A stretch of 64,000 bases of DNA. Origin: an uncultured Methanosarcinaceae archaeon. GTDB taxonomy: Archaea > Halobacteriota > Methanosarcinia > Methanosarcinales > Methanosarcinaceae. Each line of letters begins with the position of its first letter. Position 1 is the stretch's first letter. The notes beneath the pieces were generated by a model. It did not search any database, had not been told where the DNA came from, and was given only the letters and a program-made list of their open reading frames with translations. Below are positions 1-10,967 of the stretch, piece by piece. The stretch is from positions 384,001-448,000 of the forward strand of contig CAVTET010000003.1 of NCBI GenBank assembly GCA_963733675.1, given 5' to 3'. Position numbers and translations under genes: made by a program.

Positions 1-449
1 AAACATTGAATACTGCTTTTACACCAACTGATAACGTTAATTATACAACAGTTTCAGCAAGTGTTTTTATTAATGTGCTCAATACTACACAGGTGACTCC
101 TACAATCACCTGGAATAAACCAGCTGACATAACATATGGTACAGCATTAAGCAGCAATCAGCTAAATGCAACTAGTCCTGAATCTGGAAGTTTTACATAT
201 AATCCACCACCAGGAACGGTATTAAGTGCAGGTCAAAACCATCAACTGGCTACGATTTTCACACCAACTGATACTGCAAACTATACAACGGCATCAGCAA
301 CTGCTTTGATCAATGTCCTGACTCCTACGCAGAAAATCAATCAAATGATTACTTTTGTACAAGGTATAACCACTCCTAGTGAGCTGGATGAAGGATCATC
401 TTATGAACTAACAGCTATGCTCCGAGCTTCAGAAAAAAAGTCTAGATGA
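1..449 (+). CDS. 3' part of a repeat-containing cell-surface protein (MBG/Ig-like repeats); C-terminal domain appears disrupted, with coding-like sequence continuing to ~620
   Basis: Repeated module TPTITWNKPADITYGTALSSNQLNAT...FTPTDTANYTTASA; frame is open from the window start; Thr/Asn-rich. Confidence 0.7.
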   Translation, partial: TLNTAFTPTDNVNYTTVSASVFINVLNTTQVTPTITWNKPADITYGTALSSNQLNATSPESGSFTYNPPPGTVLSAGQNHQLATIFTPTDTANYTTASATALINVLTPTQKINQMITFVQGITTPSELDEGSSYELTAMLRASEKKSR

Positions 450-989
450 AATGGAACGCGAGCCAACGGGAGGTATGCTGGCATTAATTACTAACTTAAT
501 ACTTTTACTGGTAAGGTAAAAGAGTGCATCAATAATGGTCAACTTTCATCAAAAAAGGGCATATATTGATTAATGTAGCAAATGATATAATTAATTATGT
601 AAGAAATCAAGTTAGGTAAGCAGAATTTATTCGGAAGGAATATACAACACGCCTAAAAACAAGAATTATGCAGTCTGTTAGCAGAGCGAGTTAAATAGTT
701 AGAAAAAATAAGTCTTAAAGCATCGAGTTGATAATTCCACTAACTACACAAACAATATTTTATTGTTGTTAATTTCATGTTGATAGATGTAATCTCCATG
801 CATAATTTAAAAGGGTTGGTCACTAATTTTCCAGGGCAATAATGAAATTCTTTAAGGTAATCAGTATTGCCCGATTTCTTTTTTGATCTTCTGTAGCAAT
901 TATTGTTTGTCCTTCAATTCATTAACTTTCATAGATCCAAATTCCTAAATATTGAATACAGCTACTAACTATCAAATATACTTTCAGGT

Positions 990-1265
990 ACCATCACAGC
1001 TATAGAAAATAAAGAAGCTGGCATAATCTATAAGTTTGGTTACTATGGAGGCAAAACTGAAATACAGGATATAACTTCTGGAATACAAAGGGCTTTTGAT
1101 GCCGAAACTGGTAAATAAATGTGTGAATTCAATTATAGGAGCCCAAATTAGCATAGGTGGACCATCTATAGGAGCCGGTATGCTATTGATATCCACAGAA
1201 AACATATGGAAGCCGCAAACTTTGGGGGCTACACGTTGCCTTCGGACTTCCAAAAGAGTAAATGA
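990..1265 (+). pseudogene. C-terminal remnant of a PQQ-binding-like beta-propeller protein
   Basis: Broken frames read SGIQRAFDAETGK*...GAQISIGGPSIGAGMLLI...VAFGLPKE, typical of the end of PQQ-like propeller proteins; contains stops and frameshifts. Confidence 0.45.
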
Positions 1266-1520
1266 TTATACAGCTCGAGAGGCATAAAAGGATCCTCTCA
1301 AAGATCTTTTTGTGGATACTCACTTTATTGAAATTTTAAGTTAAAAACTTGAGAAAGCATTGGAATTGGAATCAATAAGACTTGGGGGTTGCCATAGAAA
1401 ACTTTGAAAAGCCTAGATATTCTCTGCCGAATACTCATGAAAAAAAGTTTTCCTGAAAGGTATTACTTCCAAGGAGGATATAAGATATCAAATACTGATT
1501 TCATAGCATGGAGAATAACT

Positions 1521-2438
1521 ATGATTGAAACTAGAGAGATAGCGAAAGTCCTTAAGAGCAAACCAACAATTGAAGGGGCTGGGGTCCACCTCAAAAGAGC
1601 ATTTGGATTCAGCCAGGTTCCCATGTTTGACCCTTTTTTGCTCCTTGATGATTTTAGGTCCGATAATCCAGAGCATTATCTCAAAGGGTTTCCTTGGCAC
1701 CCTCATCGTGGTATAGAGACAATTACCTATGTTCTTCGTGGTGACGTAGAACATGGGGACAGCATGGGAAATAAGGGGATTATTTCATCAGGTGACGTAC
1801 AATGGATGACTGCAGGAAGCGGAATAATCCACCAAGAAATGCCCAAAGGAAATCATGATGGCTCAATGTACGGATTTCAGCTATGGGCTAATCTCCCCAA
1901 AACCCACAAAATGATGGAACCACACTATCGGGATGTGAAGAGTGATCAAATTCCTATAGTATCGTTGCCTAATGGCACGAAAACCAGGGTCATTTGTGGA
2001 AGTGCAGGTGGTAGACAAGGGCCTGTGCGAGATATAGTCACTGATCCTGAATATCTTGATATAACCGTTCCAGCTGGATTGGAGTTCGCTCATCCTACCA
2101 AGCGCAAGCACACCGTTTTAGCATATATCATAGAGGGAAAAGGGTACTTCTGCAAGGAGAAAAAACCATTTTCCTACGAAATGGAAGGAATCAACTATTT
2201 CGACATGAAGCAAGACCCCTGCCTGGTAAACGGAGATCTTGTCCTCTTTGGCGATGGTGATCAAGTTATGGTCTCAACTGAAGGAGAGCATGTAAGGTTC
2301 CTGCTAATATCGGGAAAGCCCATTGGTGAACCGGTTGCTTGGTATGGTCCTATTGTAATGAACACGCAAGATGAGTTACGCATCGCTTTTGAGAAACTCG
2401 ACAATGAGACTTTTATCAAGCATAAAAGATCTTACTGA
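1521..2438 (+). CDS. Pirin family protein
   Basis: DPFLLLDDF, GFPWHPHRGIETITY, VQWMTAGSGIIHQE, QLWANLP, YGPIVMNT; start placed at ATG 1521 behind GGAG. Confidence 0.95.
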   Translation: MIETREIAKVLKSKPTIEGAGVHLKRAFGFSQVPMFDPFLLLDDFRSDNPEHYLKGFPWHPHRGIETITYVLRGDVEHGDSMGNKGIISSGDVQWMTAGSGIIHQEMPKGNHDGSMYGFQLWANLPKTHKMMEPHYRDVKSDQIPIVSLPNGTKTRVICGSAGGRQGPVRDIVTDPEYLDITVPAGLEFAHPTKRKHTVLAYIIEGKGYFCKEKKPFSYEMEGINYFDMKQDPCLVNGDLVLFGDGDQVMVSTEGEHVRFLLISGKPIGEPVAWYGPIVMNTQDELRIAFEKLDNETFIKHKRSY

Positions 2439-2551
2439 AAAGGGAGGGTTTAGAGTTGGATTGGGTGTATAGAGCAGATTTGACAGAAAATTATACACTC
2501 TACCTTTAAGATTGATCTTCATTGCTTTTTTAGGAAAAATCTCAATGTTAA

Positions 2552-2640
2552 AAGGATTTCGATAAGCCACAATTTTTGGTTGTTTGTTTCTAATCCATAC
2601 ATAAGCAATTTGTGGAAATTTGAGGTTTATCGAGGTTCTT
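2552..2640. mobile_element. MITE (IS5-related ~88-bp family), copy A
   Basis: Imperfect TIRs AAGGATTTCGATAAG...TTTATCGAGGTTCTT flanked by TTAA on both sides. Confidence 0.75.
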
Positions 2641-2957
2641 TTAAGTTTGTGAAGATCTCCAAAAATAATAAAAATATAATTAATATAAGCTCATGTTTTG
2701 GTTTTACAGCATTTCATGGGGAAGTCAATTCATTCTGAAATTCTTATTAAAACATGAGTAATATTAAAATGTTGTTCTATTTTGAAATATTTTATGTAGA
2801 AGTAAATTTTGTTCAGAAACTATTTTTTGTATAATTCATTTGAAATAAATAAGGGGATAATTGTACATTGTGACTTAAAGTGAACAAACAAAGCTTAAAG
2901 CGAACAGATAAAAAGTGAAATGTAACTGTAGGATGCATTAATATCAAAATAATAGTC

Positions 2958-3045
2958 GAGAGTTTCGATAAAACTCGATTTCAATAAATGCTTACATTCA
3001 CTTATATAAACAATTAACCAAAAATTTGGATTTATTGAAATCCCC
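2958..3045. mobile_element. MITE, copy B
   Basis: GAGAGTTTCGATAAA...TTTATTGAAATCCCC, 88 bp; no clear target duplication. Confidence 0.7.
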
Positions 3046-3099
3046 TATTGGATATTAATTATTAATTTATATATTAAATTTTGAGAGACGAAGATTCAC

Positions 3100-3198
3100 A
3101 TGGCTAAAAATGAAATGTTATATGAAATCAAAAAAGTAGAAGAGGATGTGAAAAAAATGATTGGTGATAGGAGTTTGAGAGGAGGTTCTCATGATTAA
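3100..3198 (+). pseudogene. 32-aa ORF resembling the N-terminus of A1AO ATP synthase subunit H, overlapping the ycaC start
   Basis: MAKNEMLYEIKKVEEDVKKMIGD..., similar from memory to methanosarcinal AhaH (MAKNEILSEIKRAEE...); stop overlaps the ATG at 3191. Confidence 0.5.
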
Positions 3199-3833
3199 GG
3201 CAACTCCTGCACCCGGTAACACTCTGCTGTCACCCGACAATCATGTGCTAATGATGATTGACCATCAATCGCAAATGGCTTTTGCAGCGAAGTCTATTGA
3301 TCCGGTAATGCTTCGCAATAATACCGCCCTTGTGGCGCATGCCTCCGCTATATTTAAAATCCCCCCGTTCTCACGACTGTGGCAGAGAAATCGTTCTCTG
3401 ATCCCATGTTTGATGAGATTAAAGAGGTTTATCCTAATGTCGAGGTCATTGATCGCACGACGGTAAACGCATGGGAGGATAGCCGTATCACGGACCGCAT
3501 CAATAAATACGGGAAAGACAAAATCGTTATGGCTGGACTTTGGACCTCAGTTTGCGTTGCGGGTCCCGCACTTTCGGCAATTGATCAAGGTTTTGAAGTG
3601 TATGTAATAGCCGATGCCTGCGGCGATATCACGGACGAAACGCATGAGAGGGCTATGGAACGTATGATTCAACGCGGCATAAGGCCGATGACATCGATGC
3701 AATATTTGCTTGAGTTACAGCGGGATTGGGCGCGTGTTGGTACCTACGAAGCCGTTACTGGCCTCATAAATAAACGGGGGGTACCTATGGGATTGGCATT
3801 GCCTATTTAAAGGCTATTGGTGGCGGACACTAA
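3191..3833 (+). pseudogene. YcaC-like isochorismatase/cysteine hydrolase, frameshifted
   Basis: LMMIDHQ motif, then a frameshift near the C-run at 3361; continues NAWED...AGLWTSVC...IADACG; second shift at the G-run ~3776, then GTYGIGIAYLKAIGGGH*. Confidence 0.85.
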
Positions 3834-3847
3834 TATTTGACAACGCT

Positions 3848-3877
3848 AACCTGAAGAGGGGTTAAGCACTTCGGGTT
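3848..3877 (+). terminator. Hairpin downstream of the first ycaC
   Basis: AACCTGAAG...CTTCGGGTT imperfect inverted repeat. Confidence 0.35.
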
Positions 3878-3895
3878 GATAGCTCTATCAGAACC

Positions 3896-4050
3896 GTTAA
3901 AGAAGTTGTTGCCATTGACGGCAAAACGATGCGCAAGGCACGACAGGACGGTAGACACGAGAAAGCTCTGCCCGTTCTTTCTGCCTATGCTATAAAGCAA
4001 GATTGTTTATAGGTCAGTGCTGTGTTGATGGAAAAAGCAATGAAATAGGG
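3896..4050 (+). mobile_element. ISAs1-family transposase fragment
   Basis: EVVAIDGKTMRKA...ALPVLSAYA...GQCCVDGKSNEI matches the ISAs1 IDGKT and KSNEI motifs. Confidence 0.75.
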
Positions 4051-4327
4051 TAACCTGAACTGATTTTTGCGCCCCAAATTGCGTCCCAAATGTGTGAGAC
4101 TTCCTGATTTAATATGGGCCCATAAGAATCAGAAGATCGAGAAGCCCGTCGTAAAATAGGTGCTTCTGCTCATTCTAGAGCAAGATAAAAGACGAGGTAA
4201 TGGATACCCTACCATCGGACGAGAAGACTGCCAAGACACGTGTAAAACGGCGGAGATATTACTTGTTAAGATTGGTGGTTCTGCCATAAAAAACTTTGAA
4301 AATATTGGGACATAGTGAAGCTGAAAG

Positions 4328-4975
4328 ATGATGATCACGCCGGAAAATGCAGCGCTATTGCTGATAGATCACCAAGTAGGCCTCATGCAGTTGGTACGAG
4401 ATATGACTCCAGAGGAGTTTAAAAATAATGTAGTGGGTCTGGCCAAAACAGCAAAGATTTTTGATCTTCCAGTAATCCTAACTACCAGTGTAGACTGGGG
4501 ACCAAACGGCACTGTTCTTCCTAAATTGAAGACCCCCTGTTCCCAGATGTAGAAGTCATTCGTCGTCCAGGTGTTATCAATGCCTGGCGCTGGCCAACAT
4601 TTAGGAAAGCTATTGAGAGTATTGGACTAAGGAAGCTCATAATCGCCGGGATCAGTGATTCAACATGCTTGCAGTTTCCTTCATTAGATGCGGTTCTTGA
4701 GGGCTTTGACGTCCATGCTGTCATAGATGCGAGTGGAACAGTGAGTGTTCTTGAACGTGAGGCCACCATAGCAACTCTTGCTCCGGCGGGTGTGGAAGGT
4801 GCGTAACTGGTGGTCAATTGGTGCAGAACTTCAAGCTGATGGCGCATAGATGAAGCAAAAGGATGGCCTTATGCTTTGGTATTTAGAGTGCATCTGCCCA
4901 GTTAGGGTCACTTGCTGGATACAGCGACGGCCTATAGCAATGGACAGATGGTCCCTCCAGAGAAGAAAGTTTAAT
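4328..4975 (+). pseudogene. Second YcaC-like hydrolase, multiply frameshifted
   Basis: AALLLIDHQVGL...FKNNVVGLAK...GPNG, frameshift ~4535, then RRPGVINAW...KLIIAGISDSTCLQFPSL...VIDASG; further shifts after 4790. Confidence 0.85.
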
Positions 4976-5071
4976 TTATGGTTACACTCAATAAATACCC
5001 TTTATTATTCTATCCCTTTTTATTCCTTTATCGACGCTTTGAGTCTGAATGGATTAAAAATTTGGTAGAAA

Positions 5072-5542
5072 ATGCCTTTCACTGAAGCACAAGAGCTGTT
5101 TTCATTATTCTTTGCAATTTATTTCGCTCTGATAATAGACCGCTCTCATGAAACATATAAACCTTGGGACACTTATAATGCCTGGAAAGGAAAGTCTCAT
5201 AATATTAATCGTTTATTAATGGCATGGATTATTTTATTCATAGTACCACTATCCCAGTTTGCAATTTTATTTGCTCTTCTTGGATTAATTGATGTTCGAT
5301 TCGATATGACTATAAGAGGCAGTTTAAATGTTGCTTTAATCGGCTTGGGTTCATTTTTTGAATTTGGTTACTTCAGAGTATATGAAGCTTTTTTGCATAG
5401 ATATCCAGAATCTTTTTTCGTAGATGAAGAAAGGATACAAAAAGAGCGCTTCATTCGTCCTGTTTTTTGGGCTCACTTTATACCTGGAGCTTTATATGTC
5501 ATCCTATCCACTTTGCTGGTACTAATAGCAGTTTATCATTGA
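5072..5542 (+). CDS. Hypothetical membrane protein (~4 TM)
   Basis: 156-aa ORF with four hydrophobic segments; no recognised motif. Confidence 0.7.
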   Translation: MPFTEAQELFSLFFAIYFALIIDRSHETYKPWDTYNAWKGKSHNINRLLMAWIILFIVPLSQFAILFALLGLIDVRFDMTIRGSLNVALIGLGSFFEFGYFRVYEAFLHRYPESFFVDEERIQKERFIRPVFWAHFIPGALYVILSTLLVLIAVYH

Positions 5543-5842
5543 GACTAGCCCAAAATTCATTTTAGTGTTAATCATTTAGACTTTTCAGAGACGAGCCTTA
5601 GTTGGTAGGACAGACAGAGACGTCGGTGGACTCCTTGACAAGATTAAGGGATTAAAAATGGAAGAAGAAAAACGGATACAAAATATGAGAGAGATGGAGA
5701 TATGCTAAGAAGCAGTAGTGGAAAGAAGGCTCTTAAGTTCAGCATAGATAAATCAAAGTTTGATTACTGGTCACTCTTTGATAAGGAGTTTATCTTCTTG
5801 AAGGACGCATAATCTATGCACAAAGACAACTGATCCTTTTAT

Positions 5843-6142
5843 TTCCCAATTTTCCCTTTTTTCCAAAATATTCCCGTTTTTTTCCCATTAAAACGTAATC
5901 ATTTGACAGTTTGTTCCCAAAACCCGAAAATGCAAGAAGAAAATAGAAAAATATATTTTTCGGACATTCTAAACTTTAGGTTAGTACTTTAGAATATCAT
6001 ATATCATTTTTTTATTTTGGGAACATAATTCCCTTTTTTTGTGATTTTAATTCCACTGTTATTGTTTTTATATTATTTTTAATGGGAATATAATAGGAAT
6101 ATAGCGGGAATAATTGGAACTATTGGGAATATAAATACGGGA
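5843..6142. repeat. Cluster of short TTCCC / GGGAA(TA) direct and inverted repeats
   Basis: TTCCC repeated across 5843-6033, GGGAAT/GGAAT repeated across 6083-6130. Confidence 0.5.
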
Positions 6143-6453
6143 GACTCACTTTTAATAAGAAGTATATAGGAACGAACATTATAAAGCCTAGAATATCACA
6201 GTTTCGATTTATGATTTATCCAATGTAAGATACTCCGACCCTACTTAAGAAAATGCCTTTTCTAGTTATTTCTTAAATTTTTTAGCTAATATTTAAAAGC
6301 AATATAGTTATGTAAAACTGCGGTAGACTAGAGTTTTTTCCAGCTAGCTTCTAACTATAAAATTGTCCATATCCTGCAGACTTTAAAGAACTAGTAGTTA
6401 CACAGTTGCTATATAATATCGAATACAGAAAACCTGATCAGGATTAGTGAGAT

Positions 6454-6993
6454 TTAGACCATTGTGTATGTACCGTTGCTGTTTTTAAATTTAACAACAT
6501 AAGACGGAGCAGAATTTTTCATTTGATTGTCGATCATAACAGAATCTTTGACTGAGTTTAATGATGGCACAAAACCGTTTCTGATATTGGAAATCGGAAC
6601 AGAATTATTGGAAATCGGAACAGAATTTTTACCCAAATAAGATGAAGGAACTAAACTGCCCATTAGATAAGAAATTGGAATAGGACCGTTACTTGACCCT
6701 GATGACGGAATATGAAGTTCTATGATATGCAATTTCGAAATAGAAACTTTTGCTGAAACTGTTATCAGGTCAATAATTTTGATATAACCACTAATTGGAC
6801 TTGACGAATCAACAAAATATTTGCTTTCATTTGATTGCAGAACAGAATATTTGCCTGTGTATGATGAGGGAGCAGAATTGTTTGTGAGATTAGAGCTTCC
6901 ACTTACCAATTCAAATGTCAATGATACTACAACAAAGACTAGTATTGAGACTGTTAAGATTTTATTTATTTCACCAAGTATTTCTTTTACCAT
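6454..6993 (-). CDS. Hypothetical secreted or membrane-anchored Ser/Asn-rich protein
   Basis: N-terminal hydrophobic segment; internal NSVPIS/NSAPS repeats; GGAG upstream. Confidence 0.6.
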   Translation of the reverse strand: MVKEILGEINKILTVSILVFVVVSLTFELVSGSSNLTNNSAPSSYTGKYSVLQSNESKYFVDSSSPISGYIKIIDLITVSAKVSISKLHIIELHIPSSGSSNGPIPISYLMGSLVPSSYLGKNSVPISNNSVPISNIRNGFVPSLNSVKDSVMIDNQMKNSAPSYVVKFKNSNGTYTMV

Positions 6994-8261
6994 CCATTTA
7001 CTCCTAAATATTTGCTTATCTAAGCATATGCCTGATAGTCTCTATTTTGAAAAGGACTCATAGGTGAAAAATAAATCATATTTTTTAACTAAAAATTAAT
7101 ACAAGTTTTATTTGATATTATATATTTGTGGATTATATAGTAGCAATATAATATCATCAAACATAACTTTTAAGTGTATAATCTATGTATTAACAGTCAT
7201 ACTATATAATTAAAAGCGAACGTTAGATTAGAAATATAGCTATGCGATTTATAATATTTAACTGAACAAAAAAATCTTCAAATTTGGTCTTATTAAATAA
7301 AAAATTTATGGGAAAATTGTTTGGCTAATTTAGCTTCTCAATTACATGAATACCTGCTCTGAAAACTATAATAGTTATTTTAAATAATGCGATATTTTGT
7401 GCGTAAATATATGTTTTTTAACTATTCAACCTGGAGAAAAAAATGTCAACAACCATCTTTACTGAGATTAATTGATCCAATTTCGGTGGGCGGATTTTTA
7501 TATTATCATTGCTTTGAACTTGTTTAATTTCTCAGTGCCTATTTTAAGTCCATTTCACCAAGAGAAACAAAGCAAATATTCCTACTAAGATACCCAAAAA
7601 TGCAACATCAATAATGACCTTAACTATAAAATATACTGATTGCTTCATCTTAATTTTGTCATTAAGCATGTAAATAACAACCACTTTCTGGTCAAAAGTC
7701 ATCAATTACTTAGTTTTTTTATTAATTTAAATGATCAGGTTGATCTTAGATGTCAAAAAGGTGATTTTGTAGCCGCAGGGGAAGAGAACCCTGCAGCTTG
7801 CCGGAAGTCTGATGCAAGGTACTGGAATACCTATAGGATATAACAAGATGTGATTTAAGATATACTTTCTGCATATGTACTATATAGTATAGTTTGAAAT
7901 AAATAGTGTATGATAGAAGTGCAATCCTAGCTAAAAATCAAAAGAATTATCTCCTTTATCTTTAGTTATATATGCTTAAAATAATAAAAAGGTATAGAAA
8001 ATATCTTGAAGTCACTTACCATGCTGCTGAATTTTAATCATGGGGAATTAAATTGGTCGGAAAATGACTTAATCTGGGGTTACTAGTGAGACTTTTATTA
8101 GAAGTCCGCATTATCATTACCTTTGTAAAAAAAATGGCTCATTGCATCTGAAAATGGCTTATTTTTTGATTTTACATGTATAACTCCCGCCTGTATGTAT
8201 AAGATAACGAAGGAAAGACTAAAAATGAGAGTGAATAAAGCTCTAAATGAGCTCAATAATT

Positions 8262-8285
8262 AAAAAGGGGGTTATTCTAACCCCT
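8262..8285 (-). terminator. Hairpin plus T-run terminator of the DUF1254 gene
   Basis: Minus strand AGGGGTTAGAATAACCCCCTTTTT just after the stop at 8305. Confidence 0.55.
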
Positions 8286-8304
8286 GTATTTTTATCTTTT
8301 TTGT

Positions 8305-9741
8305 CTATACCGCTTTCTGCACTTGTGGGATCTGGTAAGTCCCATTTAATATCTTGGGACTTGGTAGATACATTCTCAATATCAGTGAGAAATCTCCTTT
8401 AGGTGCAGTCAGCCAATTTGATTCCTTCCCAACTGGTTCTTCGTGTTGAATGTAGATATTCAGGGAACCATCTGGATTATACATAAGTCCGATTGTCTGA
8501 TCGCCTAGTGAGTAGTGATTGATAGGATTCGGTACGAACAAGAAAGTGGTCGCATTGTACATGCTTAATGACCAGAAGGCATCTACAGGCGGCATATTGT
8601 CTTTGTCGAAATGCACTATGTACTTGTTGGCACCTTTCAAGGGTTGTCCATCTATGCCAGTGTTTGTCTTTGCGTAGATCGCTTCTTCAGGGACATTAGC
8701 TCCTAATCCGCCTTCAGTAATGGCTGCACGTATCAGATAATTATAGCCATAGGTTCCAATATTGGTATTATACGTCCAACCATTGATGTAGAACCCTTTA
8801 GAGTTCTTTAAAGTGCTTTTCACGATTTGCTCCCCGTCCTTGATTGCCCGAGCAAGCCCATCAGCAATAGCTGAATCTAGGTTTGTTCCATAGGGTGTCT
8901 CATTCTTATCCAAGCTGATTCGATCGAAGACTGCCATGAGAGCTGCTTCTCCCGCTAGTTGCGGATTATTCTTCAGGGCAACCCGCAGTTAAACAGTATG
9001 TTATCTTGTGCATTAGGTGAAACTACAGCTTCCTTAAAGTCAGCAAGTGTCTCATTTTTAGCTGAGACCGTTGGCTTCCCGTACTGGCTCAGTGGTGTTA
9101 GAGTGAACTGTTTTTGTAGTGTTAGCACGTTGTACAGGTCAGACTCACCCTTAACCAGTATTCTACCAAGGATCCAGACAGTATTAGTCGGCGATTTAAT
9201 CACCTGGAATCTTGTGGGCAGGCTGCCGTTCCAGCCAGGTCCAACAATGGCAAAATTGCCTTCTCCTGTGCCAGTGGTTCGTTTACCCACGCTGTTAAAG
9301 GTGTTCGTATATGCGTCAAGCATCTGCTGGACATAGTAACGTCCATTGGTGTCCGGTACATGCAGTACTATCGGTTCCGTTCCCAATTCGAGAAATGCAG
9401 TATTGTAAAGCGTATCTGCGTTAGGTGTAACGACATCTGTGAAGCTGGCATTGACAAGGTGTGTAGAGTAAGTAGCCCATCTGATTTACCGGGGCGTGTC
9501 CCATTCCAGGCGTTGTGACAAAGAGATTTTCAGTCCGCTGCATCATTACTGGAGCAAGACCATAGATGTAAGCTTGGACGGCTATAGTATACGAATCGTT
9601 CTCAACCGCTTAGTAATCCCCATCAGTTGTACTGATTGCAGTTGTAAACGGTACTAGCAATAATAAAATAATCAATGAGCATACAAAAATGTTTATTGCC
9701 ACTTTTAACTTACCAAGACTAATTTTTAGTATTTCTGACAT
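8305..9741 (-). pseudogene. DUF1254/DUF1214-family exported protein, disrupted
   Basis: Signal peptide from ATG 9741, in-frame TAA ~9610, then AYIYGLAPV, TPNADTLY, PDTNGRYY, GPGWNG, PPVDAFWSLSMY, NWLTAP, LRMYLP; split over several frames. Confidence 0.85.
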
Positions 9742-10111
9742 ATCTATTACCTTCCAATCGTTAATGTACCAAAAGAGATTATGTGAATTTCTTGGCGATA
9801 GCTATCTGAAGCCCATAGCCTGTATGCTTAAATGCACCGGAAAAGCTCTAAACTATATATGAACATAATATATTATTATCTTAATTTAATAATAATAAAG
9901 ATAGTTTCTAAATAAAGTATTATTCATCGTTACCAACTTTATTTAGTCTGTTAGCTTACTCCAATGTACCTAAAAGACTCAAGAAAATACTCGAAATCTC
10001 CCTATAATCGTTCATTTTTGATATAATAGCCAAAAGGTCGGCTACTTCATGTATCAAATAACTAAGTAAATATTTAAAATAAGACTTACGTATATTATTA
10101 ACGAGAAGTCA

Positions 10112-10967
10112 GGTTCCGTTGCAAAAAATCCCTTCTAATGATACAATAGAATAAAAAGAAAATCAAAGATAGTAACATGCTATCTAATTCCTTTAAATGG
10201 AAGCATTTTGGAGGGAAAATTATCTTATTGAATGTAAGATGGTACTTAAAATACCCATTGAGCTATAGAAATTTAAAGGGAATAATGATAGAAAGAGGAA
10301 TTCAAGTTGATCACAGTACTATAATGAGATGGGTACATCAATATTCCCCTGAAATAGAAAAGAAGATAAGAAGACATTTAAGACTGATAAATTATTCGTG
10401 GAAAGTTGATGAAACCTATATCAAAATAAAAGGTAAATGGAAATATCTTTACCGAGTAGTTGACTCAAATGGAGATACAATTGATTTCATGTTAAGTTCA
10501 AAACGAAATAGGATAGCAGCGAAGAGATTTTTTAAGAAAGTATTGAGTTCTAATCATAACCAAATTTCAAGAGTAATAACAGTTGATAAAAATGCAGCAT
10601 ATCCGATAGCTATGAATGAACTGAAAAATGAGAAGAACTTGTCTAAAAACGTTGAAATTAGGCAAGTGAGGTACTTGAATAACATTATAGAACAAGATCA
10701 GAGATCTATAAAGCGGATAATTGCTCCAATGCTAGGTTTTCAGTCTTTTCGATCTGCTGATAAGACCTTAAAAGGAATTGAAGCTATGAATATGATCAAA
10801 AAGGGACAAGTAAATGATCTAAATTACTCTGTTCTTAATGAAGTCAAATATATTAATCAATTATTTGGTATAGTTTTATAATGTTGGTACATTTTCCTCG
10901 AATATTTTGATTTTTATTCATTACTTATAGATTTACATGGTTATTTTGAAATTTTTGCAACGGAACC
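10112..10967 (+). mobile_element. IS6-family element, copy 1
   Basis: TIRs GGTTCCGTTGCAAAAA / TTTTTGCAACGGAACC enclosing a 234-aa transposase. Confidence 0.95.
10177..10881 (+). CDS. IS6-family DDE transposase
   Basis: VDHSTIMRWV, VDETYIK, TVDKNAAY, YLNNIIEQDQR (H to Q versus copy 3). Confidence 0.93.
   Translation: MLSNSFKWKHFGGKIILLNVRWYLKYPLSYRNLKGIMIERGIQVDHSTIMRWVHQYSPEIEKKIRRHLRLINYSWKVDETYIKIKGKWKYLYRVVDSNGDTIDFMLSSKRNRIAAKRFFKKVLSSNHNQISRVITVDKNAAYPIAMNELKNEKNLSKNVEIRQVRYLNNIIEQDQRSIKRIIAPMLGFQSFRSADKTLKGIEAMNMIKKGQVNDLNYSVLNEVKYINQLFGIVL

Noticed and set aside
7770-7820. Two adjacent GC-rich hairpins as a possible ncRNA
   Set aside because: Stems are only 5-6 bp, there is no second copy, and the stretch could be a coding remnant.
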